From Tubiluchus corallicola (lineage: Eukaryota > Animalia > Priapulida), in the NCBI GenBank assembly GCA_030141605.1, contig JAQGDQ010000002.1:2852001-2916000 (forward strand): a stretch of 64,000 nt of DNA, in the 5' to 3' direction. The notes beneath the pieces were generated by a model. It was not told the origin of the DNA. It worked only from the letters and a program-made list of their open reading frames with translations, and ran no database searches. The translations under genes and the position numbers were made by a program. This document shows positions 12,701-25,900 of this stretch, in pieces. Every line of letters begins with the position of its first letter. Position 1 is the first letter of the stretch.

Positions 12701-15700
12701 GATCTGCTAAATGAAGTACCTGGAATACATTGAAGAACACAGATCTCACTGACAAACCTTCCAAAGACTTACGGCTGTTCCAGAATTGAATATCTGTAAA
12801 AATACTAGACATTATTAAATAGCTAGTAACATTTGCAATATAGAGTGTGTCAAAAAATATTGATGAAATTTGTTTGTTGTGGGGAAACATTTTGTACAAA
12901 GGCTTGCTATTAGATATTAATAAGTTAAGTTTGTAATTTGGGTTTTGCAATTATTTTTGTGTGGGTTTACATTCATTGTTTAGTATTCAATATTAGTAGA
13001 CCTTAGTGCGTTAATATGATTATGCCAATTCAAAGCCCTACTTGACCGATATCTGCAGAAGAGCATTTTGCTTTAATAGGTTCTTCACTAAGCATAAAGG
13101 GGGAATTTTTGCTTGCTGACAAGTAGGCCAAACTGTTGGCAACACATTGCAAAGCAATTCCACCTAAAACCTAACACCCATGACATCATAGTTACGATTC
13201 ACACTTCAAGATCAAGAAGGCGAAAATCAGTCTGTTTTGTGGCGAAGAATTTGGGAATTCAGTTGGTTCTCAAAAAAAGGTACGTATTTTTCGCTTTTAC
13301 TGTAAGAGCATTAATTTAAAGCATATTTTACAATATATTCCCCCTTTCCTTTAAGGCTGACCTCTTTGAACAAAAAAGCGTATGACGGTAACTGTGTCTT
13401 GTCAAATCGACATTTGTCGATAATTAAACCAACAGACCTTGTCTAGACAGCAGCATTCACAGACCAGCCGGCAATAACGAAACCCACAAAAAATTCAGGG
13501 TTGACAAATCTAAGCATGTCTGTAGCAATAGTTTTCGGATAATTACTGAATTGATAAGCATTTCTAGATAACTTACCATTTTTGAATGCCAAAAATTCAA
13601 AAATGCTGTGTACAATGGAGATTACTATAGTAAGACCCAGAAGATAAGGATTGGTCTCTAGCATTGCTTGCTGAAAAATATATAAGATCGCTATCAGTTT
13701 AATAAACAACTCATGCTAAAACAGAACAATTATTCTTAATAGAATTAACAGAACAGAAATAGATTTGCATAAGTGGCAAATTTAAGGAAGATGCAGAATT
13801 AGAAAGGGGCATGTACAGGAAGCAAGTCAGTAGCATGAAAAAAAAACAAGTTTCAAGGATAAAACATTTAATAACTAGTCCATTGTACCATTTTCAATAA
13901 ATAACTATTATTATGCTATTTGTCAGCTAAGCAATAAATACATAACAGTACAAGAAGCCTGTCATTTGATGATGCAGTATAATGGTTCTATTTATGATTA
14001 GCACCTTAAATCTGCAAGTTTTATTTTTTCTAAAATTGTTACACCCATAGGTCTGATAAACATTATCTTATTCATTATCTTAAAAAGTATTTAAAAGTGT
14101 TACAAAGTATATTTATTATAATGTTTTGAATCTATAAAATGGCAGTGTCAGTTACACATGAAATGGAAAATGAAAATATAGAACTTTGTTCTACATTTAT
14201 TTTTGATGCCAGTTTTTCAAGCACTTACTCTATCAACAAAAAGCAACTGTTTTAAAGTTCTTAAAATTGGTACCAATTACTGTAATGTAGCATATCTGAA
14301 AATTGCAACTCAGGTTTTTTTTCCTTAATATGACAAACCTTAAATTGCAAATACCCCATAATTTAGTATGAAATCAGTTGCATGAAATGTATTTCATTTC
14401 AATTTCGAATATGTGTCAGTGTTTTCAAAGTGTGGTATGAATATTGCTTTCAAAAACAAAAAGTAACTATTAAACATTTTAGCACAATTTACCTATTCAG
14501 AAACTAAGTCATAAGTGAGAACTACCTTTAACGTATCCTGCTCGGCATCATCTGCATCATCCATCATGCCTTCACCAAGTATTGATGTCCACTTATTTTT
14601 CATACTTTGTGCAGCATACATCTGCCATTTGAACAGCGAAATCGGACTGTAAGTTACTGTGAGATTGAGAATTCTACAAAAATAAAAATAATATGCTTAT
14701 TTCATTGTCAATTTTTCATGCCACTGCATTACATTTACCTTGGTAAATTTATTTATTTTATTGTAATGGAAATATAAGTATCTGATGTAACAAGTTTTAG
14801 TTACCAGGTACTGCTCTGTAACATTGCTGCCCTGTGTTGCTCATACAAAGCGATGCATGAGATGTACAAATGAGGACACTGATATATCTTCAGCACATCA
14901 AATCATGTTTTAGTCAGTTTTCCCTTTGTTCTAATCAGCTCTTTTTTTAATTTGTCATCTGTTGCAAAAAAGTTGACCTTTGACAATAGACCATCACTCT
15001 GACTTCCTAGTAACGTTCGTGTTTCTCATCTGATACTAAAGGTTACACAACTTTTATTCACAAACTAATCTAGAGTTTTTGGTTGTAAATCTATTTCAAA
15101 CACATTTCTGGCATAGCTGTAGGTTCCTTTAAACAAGTCTAGCAGTTTTGTGTCCACTAACTCGCATTAATGCTAAGAATCCTAGGCTAAAAGAGCCAAA
15201 AACTACCTGTCTGACATTGCTAAAGGTTAACTTACGGTGTCGTCTCATTTATTGGCTGGTATTCGCTAAGCATATTCCAATAATCATTGACATAAATGAT
15301 TGGATAGTAGTTGCCACTGACTGGTTCAAACTGAATATCTAAATCAAAAACAAATAACAATACAACAAATTACAAAAACACCTTCAAGATCGACTAGTCT
15401 CCATATTTCACATAATTAAATAAACATCAGCTAACCGTAACTATTATCAAAATATTACTTATTTTGCACAATTAACAAATGACAAAAATTGTTATGACAA
15501 TAAAATATAAGCTTACAGTCATCAAGAGGTTTAGGAACTGAGCCTTGAGTCCATGGGGTATGATCATCGACTAGATTTAGTGTTAGGTTAGGATGCCAGT
15601 GCGATATAACCTCGATTGTACCATTCTCAGCTTTCTAAATCGGAGAGCATATAAAACGTCAGTAAGTCAGATTTGTTACATATCTTGATTGATTAGTGAT

Positions 15701-18700
15701 TACATACAAAAAACAAGCAAAAAATGTTTATAATCACACAGTACTGCTCAGAAATGCAGGGAAATGCAGAGCTGTGTAAAATATCGACTTCCAAATCATA
15801 CATTAAAATAGATCAATGTCAATGATAATCCTTTAAGATGAGACTGAATCTACAGAAATGTCTTGGCCACATTCACATGTGTATAAATCCTCCCACAAAC
15901 AGTCACCTACAATTAGGTTTCAAGGCTTTCACGAATCCATTTACTGGTCAGGTTTAAATTTGCTTGCTAATACCCTTGCATTCTACATGGAAAAACAATA
16001 AAAAGTGTGAAGTCTCCCAACCAGGGCCGTACAAAATGGAAAAAACTGCCATACATCTAACAATATTTAAAGTAATACTAAATAATGAGCCACAAAACCT
16101 TAAAAGTGAAATTGAATTAGGATATGTCACATAATAAATTTAAACAATTACCAGTCTATGACATTCAAAATTATGACATAATCTACATGCAGAAGCAAAA
16201 ATAGATCTGATAATAACTAAAATATTTATAAAAAGAATAATTCGCTATATTCAAACCACTTCGGATATTCCGGATAATATTGTTCAAGTTCAAATATACA
16301 AATATGACTAATTTTATATATATGCACCTGTAAATCTTCCTGCGACTGGTCACTCACACCAGTAAGGAGATTTTTTCTCTTATGATATCGCTTCTTTTTG
16401 AACTTGTTTAACACTAAAAATAAAAACAGTCATTGTTGTCTATAATTTTCTACAAAGTAAGCAATTGATATTTTGTGTTTTATGTGCTTTACAAACCAAT
16501 TTCTTAACTTTTACCAAGGTATTACTCCGAAAAACTAAAAAATGATCAGCCATATACTCCTGTTCCCTAGTTAAGCTTGCTCCGAATCTGAAAGTTATGT
16601 CGACACATTAAACCATTATGCCAACTACTCAAATGCACAGCGAAACACATACTTGTAAATGAAAATGATATGCAAAGAATACCTTTAAAACAAAATCAAG
16701 AATGATTCAACTTCCGACATACAAGTAGTGACCAGGTAAATGAAAAAACACAAAATCCAAACTGTACATTGCATATTAGAATAAAAAACAATAACAATAA
16801 AAAATAGGAACTTACTTTTACTCCTACTAAAGGTGAATCGCTTAGAGTATCGACCCTTTTTACTCGGGTCTGGAGACTTCCCATTTTTCACAAAGTACAC
16901 ATGAATGTAGACTGATCCGTTATTTTGTACTGCTTCTGATGCTTCAATTTCACCATAGTGAACAAATGAGCCGTCACCCTTTGGCCCATCATACCAATCT
17001 CCATATTTAATGTCAGTTAATGTCCAGAACGGATTGTCAAATTTTGTCAAAAACTCTTCTTCACTGACATACACATACATGTCCTGAAATAATGTTGTTT
17101 AACAAATAAAATTATACACAATAGAATTATACACATCAGCAGTGAAAAAGGAGCACAAGTACATCCACCATTTGTACATCTTAATGTCCCTTATGAATTT
17201 TTTTCTACCTGTACACCATACAAAATAAACAAATAAATAATTAATTAACATATATAGTGTATTTAATGTACAAGTATTCTTACCAGAAGAGTGTTCTTTT
17301 GCATTATATTTGTACCAGGTTTTGGAGCATTACCAGAACCTGTTTGGCCATCTGTGGGAGCTCTACCTCTACGAAACATACTATAACAAAAGAACGAAAA
17401 ATTTCATTTTAAATTTATACATAATACAAAAGCGATAAACAAGGAGCTGTGCAGGATATATATACATTAAACTCAACATAACGTTTGCCTTTCACTCAAT
17501 ACCATTTTTTCTCAGTATGGTCCATTGAAAATCTTTTTAAATGAATTATTTTGACTATGATTGAGCCATGTGCCAGGTGCTCTAACTATGGGGACATAAG
17601 GTTTAAATTGTTTGGCAGTTTTGAAAGGACAAGAGTTATTTCACAAAACTTTTCAATATGCACAGTTGAAGAGAAACAGTGACATAAACACAAGCTCATC
17701 TTGTTAATGACACAAATATGTCTTGCGGTAAAACACACTCCAGAAACTGCTTATATAGATCTGAGTATGAAATGAGAGTTATTCAATACCATGCACGACT
17801 ACCACCCCACCAATGCTGAAGTAACTGGATAAATGCATCAGCATTAAGTTTTTTAAATACCCCTAAAGTTAAGATGCAATAATTAAAGCATAATGAAAAA
17901 AAATCAAGTGACTAGACTGACAGTGTTGTATTTGTACATCCAAGTATTTAAATTTAAAAATAAAAATTATAAATTACACCTACAAATCACCTTGCAATGT
18001 ACTTAATTGTTTTATAGAATAAAATTAAGATGATCTAACAGTTACCTGCAAAAAATTTAACAACTTTCCTTTTAACTTATATACAAAATACTGGCATTCA
18101 GAAATGCTTGTGGTTGATATACTACAACAGCTTTAACAGCACTTGTCACTGCTCAAACAGTAAAAATGTTCACATATATAACATATATAATACAAAAAAA
18201 GGCGAAAGTCAAATAACTTAGTGCTTTTAAATATAGGCCCATAATTAAAAATATAGAAATTAATTAAATTTCCAAAGTTCTTTCCAAACATTAAAATAGT
18301 CCATCTTCCGGGAAACGCACCATTCCCATTAAATGTAGTATTGCTTTCAAATATGTTACATGCAGGTCACATAATTTTGCATTTATTTATAGTCTTGCGG
18401 TCAAACTATACACATATCATAAGTACCTTGATATAAAATAGATAATAAGTGCTCGAATCACGAAGCCTTTTGCAATAGACCAATAATTTTGCTGCTGTGC
18501 TTGTTGCTGCTGTCCTGCTTGATTTGCCTCATCTTCCTGATTTTGTGCCACAGCCTAAAAAAGCATACACAGATTAAAAAACTTATAGTGACCATTTAGG
18601 TGGTTCTTCTGATAATGCTGAGACATAAACAAAAACAATAATTTACGAGATATATTTTATCTAATACTACAACACTAAAAATGCAGGCTTCATTTTTTGT

Positions 18701-21518
18701 GCAGTAGGTGCCGCTTAATAGACTCAATCGCTTAACTGACTCAAAAACACCTGGAACAGGCTGCTTCTATTCAAATATACATAAAAACTATCGGTGATTG
18801 ACTCAATATTTCTCCTTCACCTACTTAAAATAAGATATTTGTATGTACCCAAACATCTGTACAGCAAATAAAGGCAATGCGAGCAGACGATTCAGAACTG
18901 TTTTAGTCACACATAACAACAGACTTTTAATGTTTTTACAAAATTTTGCGAGAACTTTGTGGGCCAACTTCTTCGCGAGGAAATGAAGCAGCCGACTTTC
19001 AAGGAACTTTTGTAATTTTTGCAAATAAACAGAAAAGTCTGTGATTTAGAAAAGTGTACATTTTAATTTATTGCTAATTCACTTATATAAAATAATATTT
19101 TAAAATATTTTTTCTAATATTTAACTGCACAAAGGAATTTAGTATTATTTCGTTTCTAAAATTCATTAAAACCTTTGTAGTCATAGTAAGCTGATGACTC
19201 ATGCTCCTATACCTGTAATACTGCACCCATCAGTTAATGGGTTCAGTCTTTTAATTGGGCGAAAACACGTCGGTTCCAAAGTGAGTCTATTAAGCGGCGC
19301 CTACTGTAAATACAATTCTGTATACACTTTACGCTGAAAATTATTTATGCAGTATTGACCCGATTTTAAACCATTGTCTCACTGCTTTACCGTCTCACAA
19401 TTGGCAATTTTTGTCTTGCACAGTTTCAATTTAATGCAATATGTGACAGTGGATGCAAAGTAAAATTGCACAGGAAAAAAGTGCACTAATGGAAAACTAG
19501 GAAAACAGCACACTTAGGCCTACAAATATGAGTTTAGCGTTAGGGTTACTGTGAGGAATAATTATTAAAATACAGCAGAATCTTCTTGATTTGCCAACAG
19601 TTTTTATTTCTTTATTTTTATTCATTATTCAAGCCTTTTTGTTTCTTTAATAACTCGCACACAGAGCTAATAACTGCTTCTTTAATATCCCGGGGCTGGG
19701 GTCATGAAACTGACACTGCACACTCTCCGGGCAGGGGATTTCATGTATGTGTGTAATCCGTCACCCCCAGGTTAAAGATCATGGACATAACACAAAGTGA
19801 CAGCGCGAACGTCAATCGACTAATTACAAGCTGAAGAGCAGCAACATCTGAAACTAGGTTTTTGTGCAATGCGTATGTGCATGGCGTATTACCAATGTGC
19901 AGTGTTGCACTATAGCAAACAAGTGAGTACAGTGTGGGACAGAAGAGTCCTGAGCTAGCACGCTGAGGTAACACGAGTATATTTTACATCTAAATGTTGT
20001 GTTGAAAGCGAGACTAGTTGACGCTTTGTGCCCCATTCATTTTTTACCTCATTTTTCAATTCACACTGTTTGACTATAAGCAAAATGTTTCTGTCAGGTT
20101 TCTCTAGTTTCTACAAAATTAAAATGACATTAATTTGTATTTTCCTTAAAATTGGTTCGAATGTGCTAACGTTAAAATTTTATTGATAGCAAAATTAGTT
20201 ATTTTGCAACTTTCTGAAAGTTCTGAAACCTCTGATAACCGAGGAAAGAAATACCTGTGTGGTACATTGTGTGCCTGCTTGCAAAGCTTGGTTAATAATT
20301 TTGACGTTTCGATTTTACCAAGACGAAATACAATTCCTAAGTAATTAAGCATGGCAAATTCAATGGATGCAATATTATGGTCATGGCCACTAGTGAAAAA
20401 GTGACAAGGTCTGATTTCGCTAAAGCATTTAATGTGAAGCACAACAGTATTTACATACATGATGTTAACATTTTTGTAAACCATTTTTTATTGAAAAAAA
20501 GCTGTTACTTAAAGCATCTCCTGTGACAGAAGCAGCATGATAATACGTTTGATCATGCCTATGCGTTGATTCGCTGGTGAAACGCTACTGCTAATGTGGA
20601 CATTTCACTTTAAATCATTCGTTAATGTGATGCCAAGATCTTTAAAGGGAGATTTATCTTCATTTGGTCTGTCTTTAAGATAATATGGAGTTTGACTTTC
20701 AGCACGGATATGTGAAAGATGGCTCTTGAAAATTCGAAGCTCCAATAGCCATTCTTCACACCATTGATGAGGGCGAATTGTAGCAGATATGATGATGAAG
20801 TCAATGATGTCCCAGTTGATATGCAATGCGTAATATCCTTTGATGATTAGGAAACAATAGGGGCCACTGAGGGTGCCTTGAGATATGCCACTGCGGACAT
20901 GCTTACAACTTGTGGTTATGCCATTTACGACCGCACATTGACTTCGGTTTTCAAGAAGTACAGGAACCAGAAGAGGAAGTTTTCTCTAATTCCTGCATAT
21001 TCCATCTTCACCAAAAGACGTTGATGTGGTACGTGTTGATGGTGTATAATTCATATTTAAACGCTCTCTGTGGGATTTCTCGTCTGAAAGTTATTTATAA
21101 GGTAAATGGTTGCTCAAATTTCATTTTCAATTTGTTAGCTAAAAGTAAAACATTAAACTAAACCCAACATATTGCTAATATTGTCCTTTCCCTTAATGGG
21201 AACAAAATGTTCTGATGACATGACCTTCCTCTATCTGCGGTGGTGCCACTAAATTCAAAATTTCAGTTTTAGTTAGTCAGTATAGAGGAATAACACTAAT
21301 ATCCTAATACCCCCATCTCTGGATTACGGTTGTCTAAGATGAAACGACTTAATATAAAAAAAATTCACATTGATTTAACATCGCTACCAATAACTAACTA
21401 TTAAAACTTCTCGGTTAAAGTTTAATAAACTCACTTCTTCAGCGGAGGATTGCGCAGAAGCTGTATTATGAGAAGATATTCCTGTCTGATTTTCGCAAAC
21501 CTCACGAACGTCAGCCAT
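9702..21518 (-). CDS. CLPTM1: Cleft lip and palate transmembrane protein 1 homolog, 629 aa, 14 coding exons
   Basis: Exons: 21518-21435, 18554-18427, 17380-17284, 17083-16816, 16413-16328, 15634-15517, 15338-15236, 14673-14526, 13670-13577, 12793-12720, 12532-12416, 11197-10966, 10364-10197, 9874-9702; total 1890 nt, in frame. Motifs: ISHWHPNLTLNLVDD; LETNPYLLGLT; FEFLAFKNDIQFWNSRKSLEGLSVR; GFIMMTPQLFINYKLKSVAHLPW; YPIDPKRVNEFG. First exon assigned from ATG, phase-0 GTGAGT donor and position. Confidence 0.95.
10483..10697 (+). mobile_element. Non-autonomous Helentron/HINE (DINE-1-like) element, degraded
   Basis: Begins aactagaattgcactcg...gacctatgccaagg, has the core aaaatttaatgggttc...aaagtttca...cctgctaac, and ends with a decayed tgaaaa.ata...tagg..taaataa. 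This is the layout of widespread animal HINE elements; recognised from memory, not by a search. Confidence 0.55.
20560..21100 (-). mobile_element. Decayed CR1-group LINE reverse transcriptase fragment in CLPTM1 intron 1
   Basis: Frameshifted minus-strand translation: VPHQRLLVKMEYAGIRENFLFWF..NRSQCAVVNG..VRSGISQGTLSGP..WCEEWLLEL..KDLGITLTNDLK. Confidence 0.75.
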
Positions 21519-21766
21519 TGCTAATACAAAGATGACGTCACTTAAGCAGTGACTGGTCCGCACCTGCTATACAAAACATTTGATTTTCCAACATTTGGGC
21601 AGTAGTCAGTCAGTTGTCATTACAGTTTTCACCAGATACGATGCAGAAAGCATGAGAAGAGACATTTTTTAATTTTGTTATATCCTGTTGTTAATTAAAA
21701 AAACTTAACAGACAGTTTATGGTTTTATAAAAACGAATTGGTGTTGTTCAATTGTTTGTTGTCAAT
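21519..21766. promoter_or_regulatory. Bidirectional promoter region between CLPTM1 and MEN1, with a palindromic CRE (TGACGTCA, 21533-21540)
   Basis: Divergent ATGs at 21518 (-) and 21767 (+) leave 248 bp for both 5' UTRs and the promoter(s). Confidence 0.7.
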
Positions 21767-22932
21767 ATGGAGAAAATGCGTGGTTGCGAAAAACGATGTT
21801 TTCCAATAAAAACAGTGAAAAATGTTGTGAATTTTTTCAAATACCAGTTAACTGGTAAAAGTGAACCGAATTTAGCGATATTGTCGATTGTTGTTGGTGC
21901 ATTAGAGAATGGCTTGTGCAATAATCGCATTTTACCAAATAGAGCGGACCAGAAGCCTCTCGCCGGCGAATTTCCTCAAGTGGAAATTGGGACCATCAAT
22001 TTGCTGTATGAAAGATTTGAAGCCCTTGTTCGAGGCAATGTTGATTTGAGTTCGCATTTGGATAAATATGCAACAAGAGAACTGATTAAAAGAACATCTG
22101 ATGTCGTGTGGAACTCGCTTTCGAGGAGTTTTTATAAAGATAAAGCACATTTGCAATCTCTGTACAGTTTTCTTACAGGTACGTCGCATTTATTGCATTA
22201 ACAAAATATTCGTTTTTCGCTACTAATTAACTCTTCATTAAATTTTATATTTGAAATTACAGTTAAATGGGTTTCCTAATTTAGCTGGAATCTAGGCTAT
22301 AATTCGTGTGATCATTATTGAATACTGTTTTTACAGTTTAATTTGAATTAGAGTTATAAATACCATATAATATTGTTTTTTATGATGCGCAAAATTTGTT
22401 GCATGTATTTCTGTGTCGGGCTTCACAAACAAATGAAACGACGAGTCAAGCGAGTATGTAGGCCGCGTCCCAGCTTCGGTTTATCAGGACACGCCATCTG
22501 TTGTACTGCCATCTCAGCATCAGTGTAATGATAAAGCACTAAGTTGGAAGTTAATTATTTTTCGTTGTTACATTTACTATGCAAAACAATATGTAAATTT
22601 TATGCAACAATAACCTCATGTTTGACTCAATTTTGCATGCCCCGATCTTCAATGTGGTGCAAGCAAAATGGTGTCGCTCAAGTGCTGATTCAAAGCAAAT
22701 ACAATGCAGATGCAAAATTAAGCCTAAAAGTTGTTTTGCTAGTAATTGTAGATTGATTTTCAATGACATCGTGACGTTGTTTAGAGACAGTGACTTGCGC
22801 TAGTTGACGACGTTTAGTGATATTACCATAAATGATGTGTATGGAAAAGGTCGACGTGTTAAACTTGACAAGTTGACGCTGTAGTGTATAACGGAAAAGA
22901 TGACGAACAGCTGCGTTAGTTTTAGGCACATA

Positions 22933-22989
<57 letters not shown>

Positions 22990-25900
22990 AAGAAGAGTTT
23001 CGCGTCTACGAAGCTGCTCATTTGCGTGTTGTATGTTGATGTGATATTACGTAACGTTTGGCGCGTCGCCAGCTGCTTAATGAGTTTAGTAACTGCGTAG
23101 TTATGGTCAGCATCTATCCTAGGAGTCTGCCGGGGTATCCTACAACAAAATGCATAAACTTATTCTCCTGAACTATTGTCCGGCTGTCCTAAGGCATGAT
23201 CTTCAGTTCTCTTGTAATTTCCAATGCTGACTAGAATTCGATTTTATTCCCAAAAATTTTGAACAGGTTGTAATTTGACAAATTAGGGTTCAGATTGTAT
23301 GATTTAATTATGTAGGTAGGTAGTTCTGATACAAGTTATTATTGTGCCTAGTTACGACATAGATTTTTCACGATCGATATACAAAATAATCGTGAGTGGC
23401 TTCGTGGCATGGATGATTCATATGAACGCACGTTCGTCATTGAAATAAATCTTTTGGTCTACACTGACACGAATTTGAATTGGTTAGACTGCTTTGTGAA
23501 ATTGTGAGTTCTCCCCACCCATCAAACCTGAATAACTACAGGCCAATTTCTGTAACAATTTCATGTGCATGGTAATGGAGATCTCTATAAAAACGAACTA
23601 ATTGATTATCTTTTGCATTTCTAAAATCTACACGTTATTTTTTGGTTAATGTACTTGTACTTAACTCTTAGAGTGTTCAAATATTTAGAACAATTTGTTT
23701 GGACGGGAAACCCGGAAGACTAGTGATATGGCGTACCTTGATTTTGCGATACTCTCAAATAACAATGTCGTCATAACAAATTATTGTACAAACTGTCATC
23801 GGCTAACGGATGCAGTTTCGCGATTTGCTGCCTTTTTGGTTAATAGTATACTCGACGTGTTCTTGTCAGAGACAGTTTTTCCTATTAATGTATTCGAGGT
23901 TCTTATCTAGGTCCGGTTTTATTTGTTTCATATGTTGACAATTTACTCGATGTTATGAATTGTATATTTTGTAAATCATACATCCAAACAAAGCCTGTTT
24001 AACTTATGGTTAATTGCCAATTAAGCCTAGTCACTTAAATTATGTACAGCTTACTTTAAAAACAGGCTTTGCTTGGACGTATAATTTGCAAAATATACAA
24101 TTCATAACATCGAGTATTGAAAGCGTTCAGTGTTGGTTTTCAAGAAGATCGTTCGTTCGATGTAACCTTAATTACATATGTAAATTATGCCGACTGCCGA
24201 GACAAGCCTGTATTATTTTGAATTGAAACTAATCTACAAAATTTATCATCGGCTTATCGACTCAAATTTTGATGATTTCTTTACTCTTGCGCACGTCCAG
24301 ATTTAAGAGAACATAATTTTAAACTTTTTACAGGATTCTGAAGATGGCCGTTTTTAAATTTCCGTAGTCTGACGGACTTTCCTCCCTTTTTTGATAGCGC
24401 ATTTAATTAATATATTATAACTTGTATTGACTGGCTGTAGCTATTGTAAGTACTGTTTCTGACGGATACTTGGCTTCATTTTCTAAGTTTCTGCGAACTG
24501 ATTTGAACCAACTGCCTTGTAGCACTCTAGGAAGTGCTGTGTTTACAGTATTATGTGAGAAGCTATCCTTGATAATTAATACGTTCTGGTTTCGCCACGA
24601 GGTCCACAACCATCTACATAAGTAACATAACTACTATACCTTGTTGTTGAGTAATGGACCATGGCTAGTAGAGGAAAGTAATACAGAAATAGATAATAGA
24701 ATTTAATATAAAAACATGCATTATCGTTGTAAACATCAAAAAACATGATATTGTCCCCCATTCTTAGTTTTGTTTAATAATGTAAAATCTGCACCTATAA
24801 AGAAGTCAAAAGATTTAAATGTGCTCTAATTTTTAAATTTTCATTGTGTGAATGCAGCAGAGCAGTGTAATTTAGTCTGCGCAACCAGCATTTTCCTGGA
24901 AGCTAGTAATAAATAAGTAATCGTGACTGGGCATTAATTAAGCGTTGTAAACATCACGTGATTATTGGTCATTTCTGATAAACAGGATCTTGCGGAACCG
25001 ATCAGCACCGCGTGACCCCTTTGAGTTGTATTGTAAACAACATTATATTCCACTGCATTATACCTCGTGACCACTGGCCATTTGTAGACCGGACACTGTG
25101 ACGTCACTAAGCGCGTGACCACGACGCTTTACTTGTAAGCAGGATAGTATTACGTAAAACCCGAGACCAGTAAAGGAAACTTGCTGAAATGCTAAAAGAT
25201 TTTTCAGCATTTTTGAAATAATGGAATAGTGAATTTTTGGAATGATCACAAGAGCTAATTACCTCGTTTACTATAACAATTAATTACTGTGACTTGTTTA
25301 CTATAATTATAGAACTCACATTTACCGTCTGCATGGCCTCAGAATTAATCAAAACATTTCATTTCAATAATCGAAATTATCTGGATAACAATAAAAACTT
25401 TTTTGAACCTTTGTAGTGGATATATGCGTTAGCAACGCGATATAACTATACAGTGCAGTTTTTTCTAACACTCTAGCGAGCTAAAAGATGAGTCATTCGT
25501 TTCTTAGAAAAGCTTTTCTTGGAATTGCTTATACGCACTGTGACTTGGTGCGCATGTCATTTAATAAGCTTTGTGTCGCAGTGCTGCGAAGCTGTGTCCA
25601 GAACTTGCTTCTTAATAGTTCGGCTAAATTTAAGCCACATCCGACTTGTTCGAGTTGTTTCTCGGTGAATCAGTAGTTCCGGGTGTGTGGTTGGCACAAC
25701 TGGTCAAAGCAGTGCAAATCTAGCATTTCCAGTGTTAGATTGCTTATACTAAAGTGATTGTAACTAACTATATTATTTTTATTCAATTTTCAGACTCAGA
25801 AACTACAAAAAGATTAACCTAACTAGTTAGTATCACTCTGGTATGTGTTCTAGCATTGTAAAGACCAGCTATAAGGGATGAACTTTTAACTGCTTTGAGC

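Noticed and set aside
19660-20040. Possible SINE or RTE-tail fragment in CLPTM1 intron 1 (also ~7050-7170)
   Set aside because: GC-richer and repeat-like, but I could not establish boxes, termini, a TSD or a second copy.
22800-23100. ORFs with YIYIYI runs on both strands
   Set aside because: They are translations of the (TA)n microsatellite.
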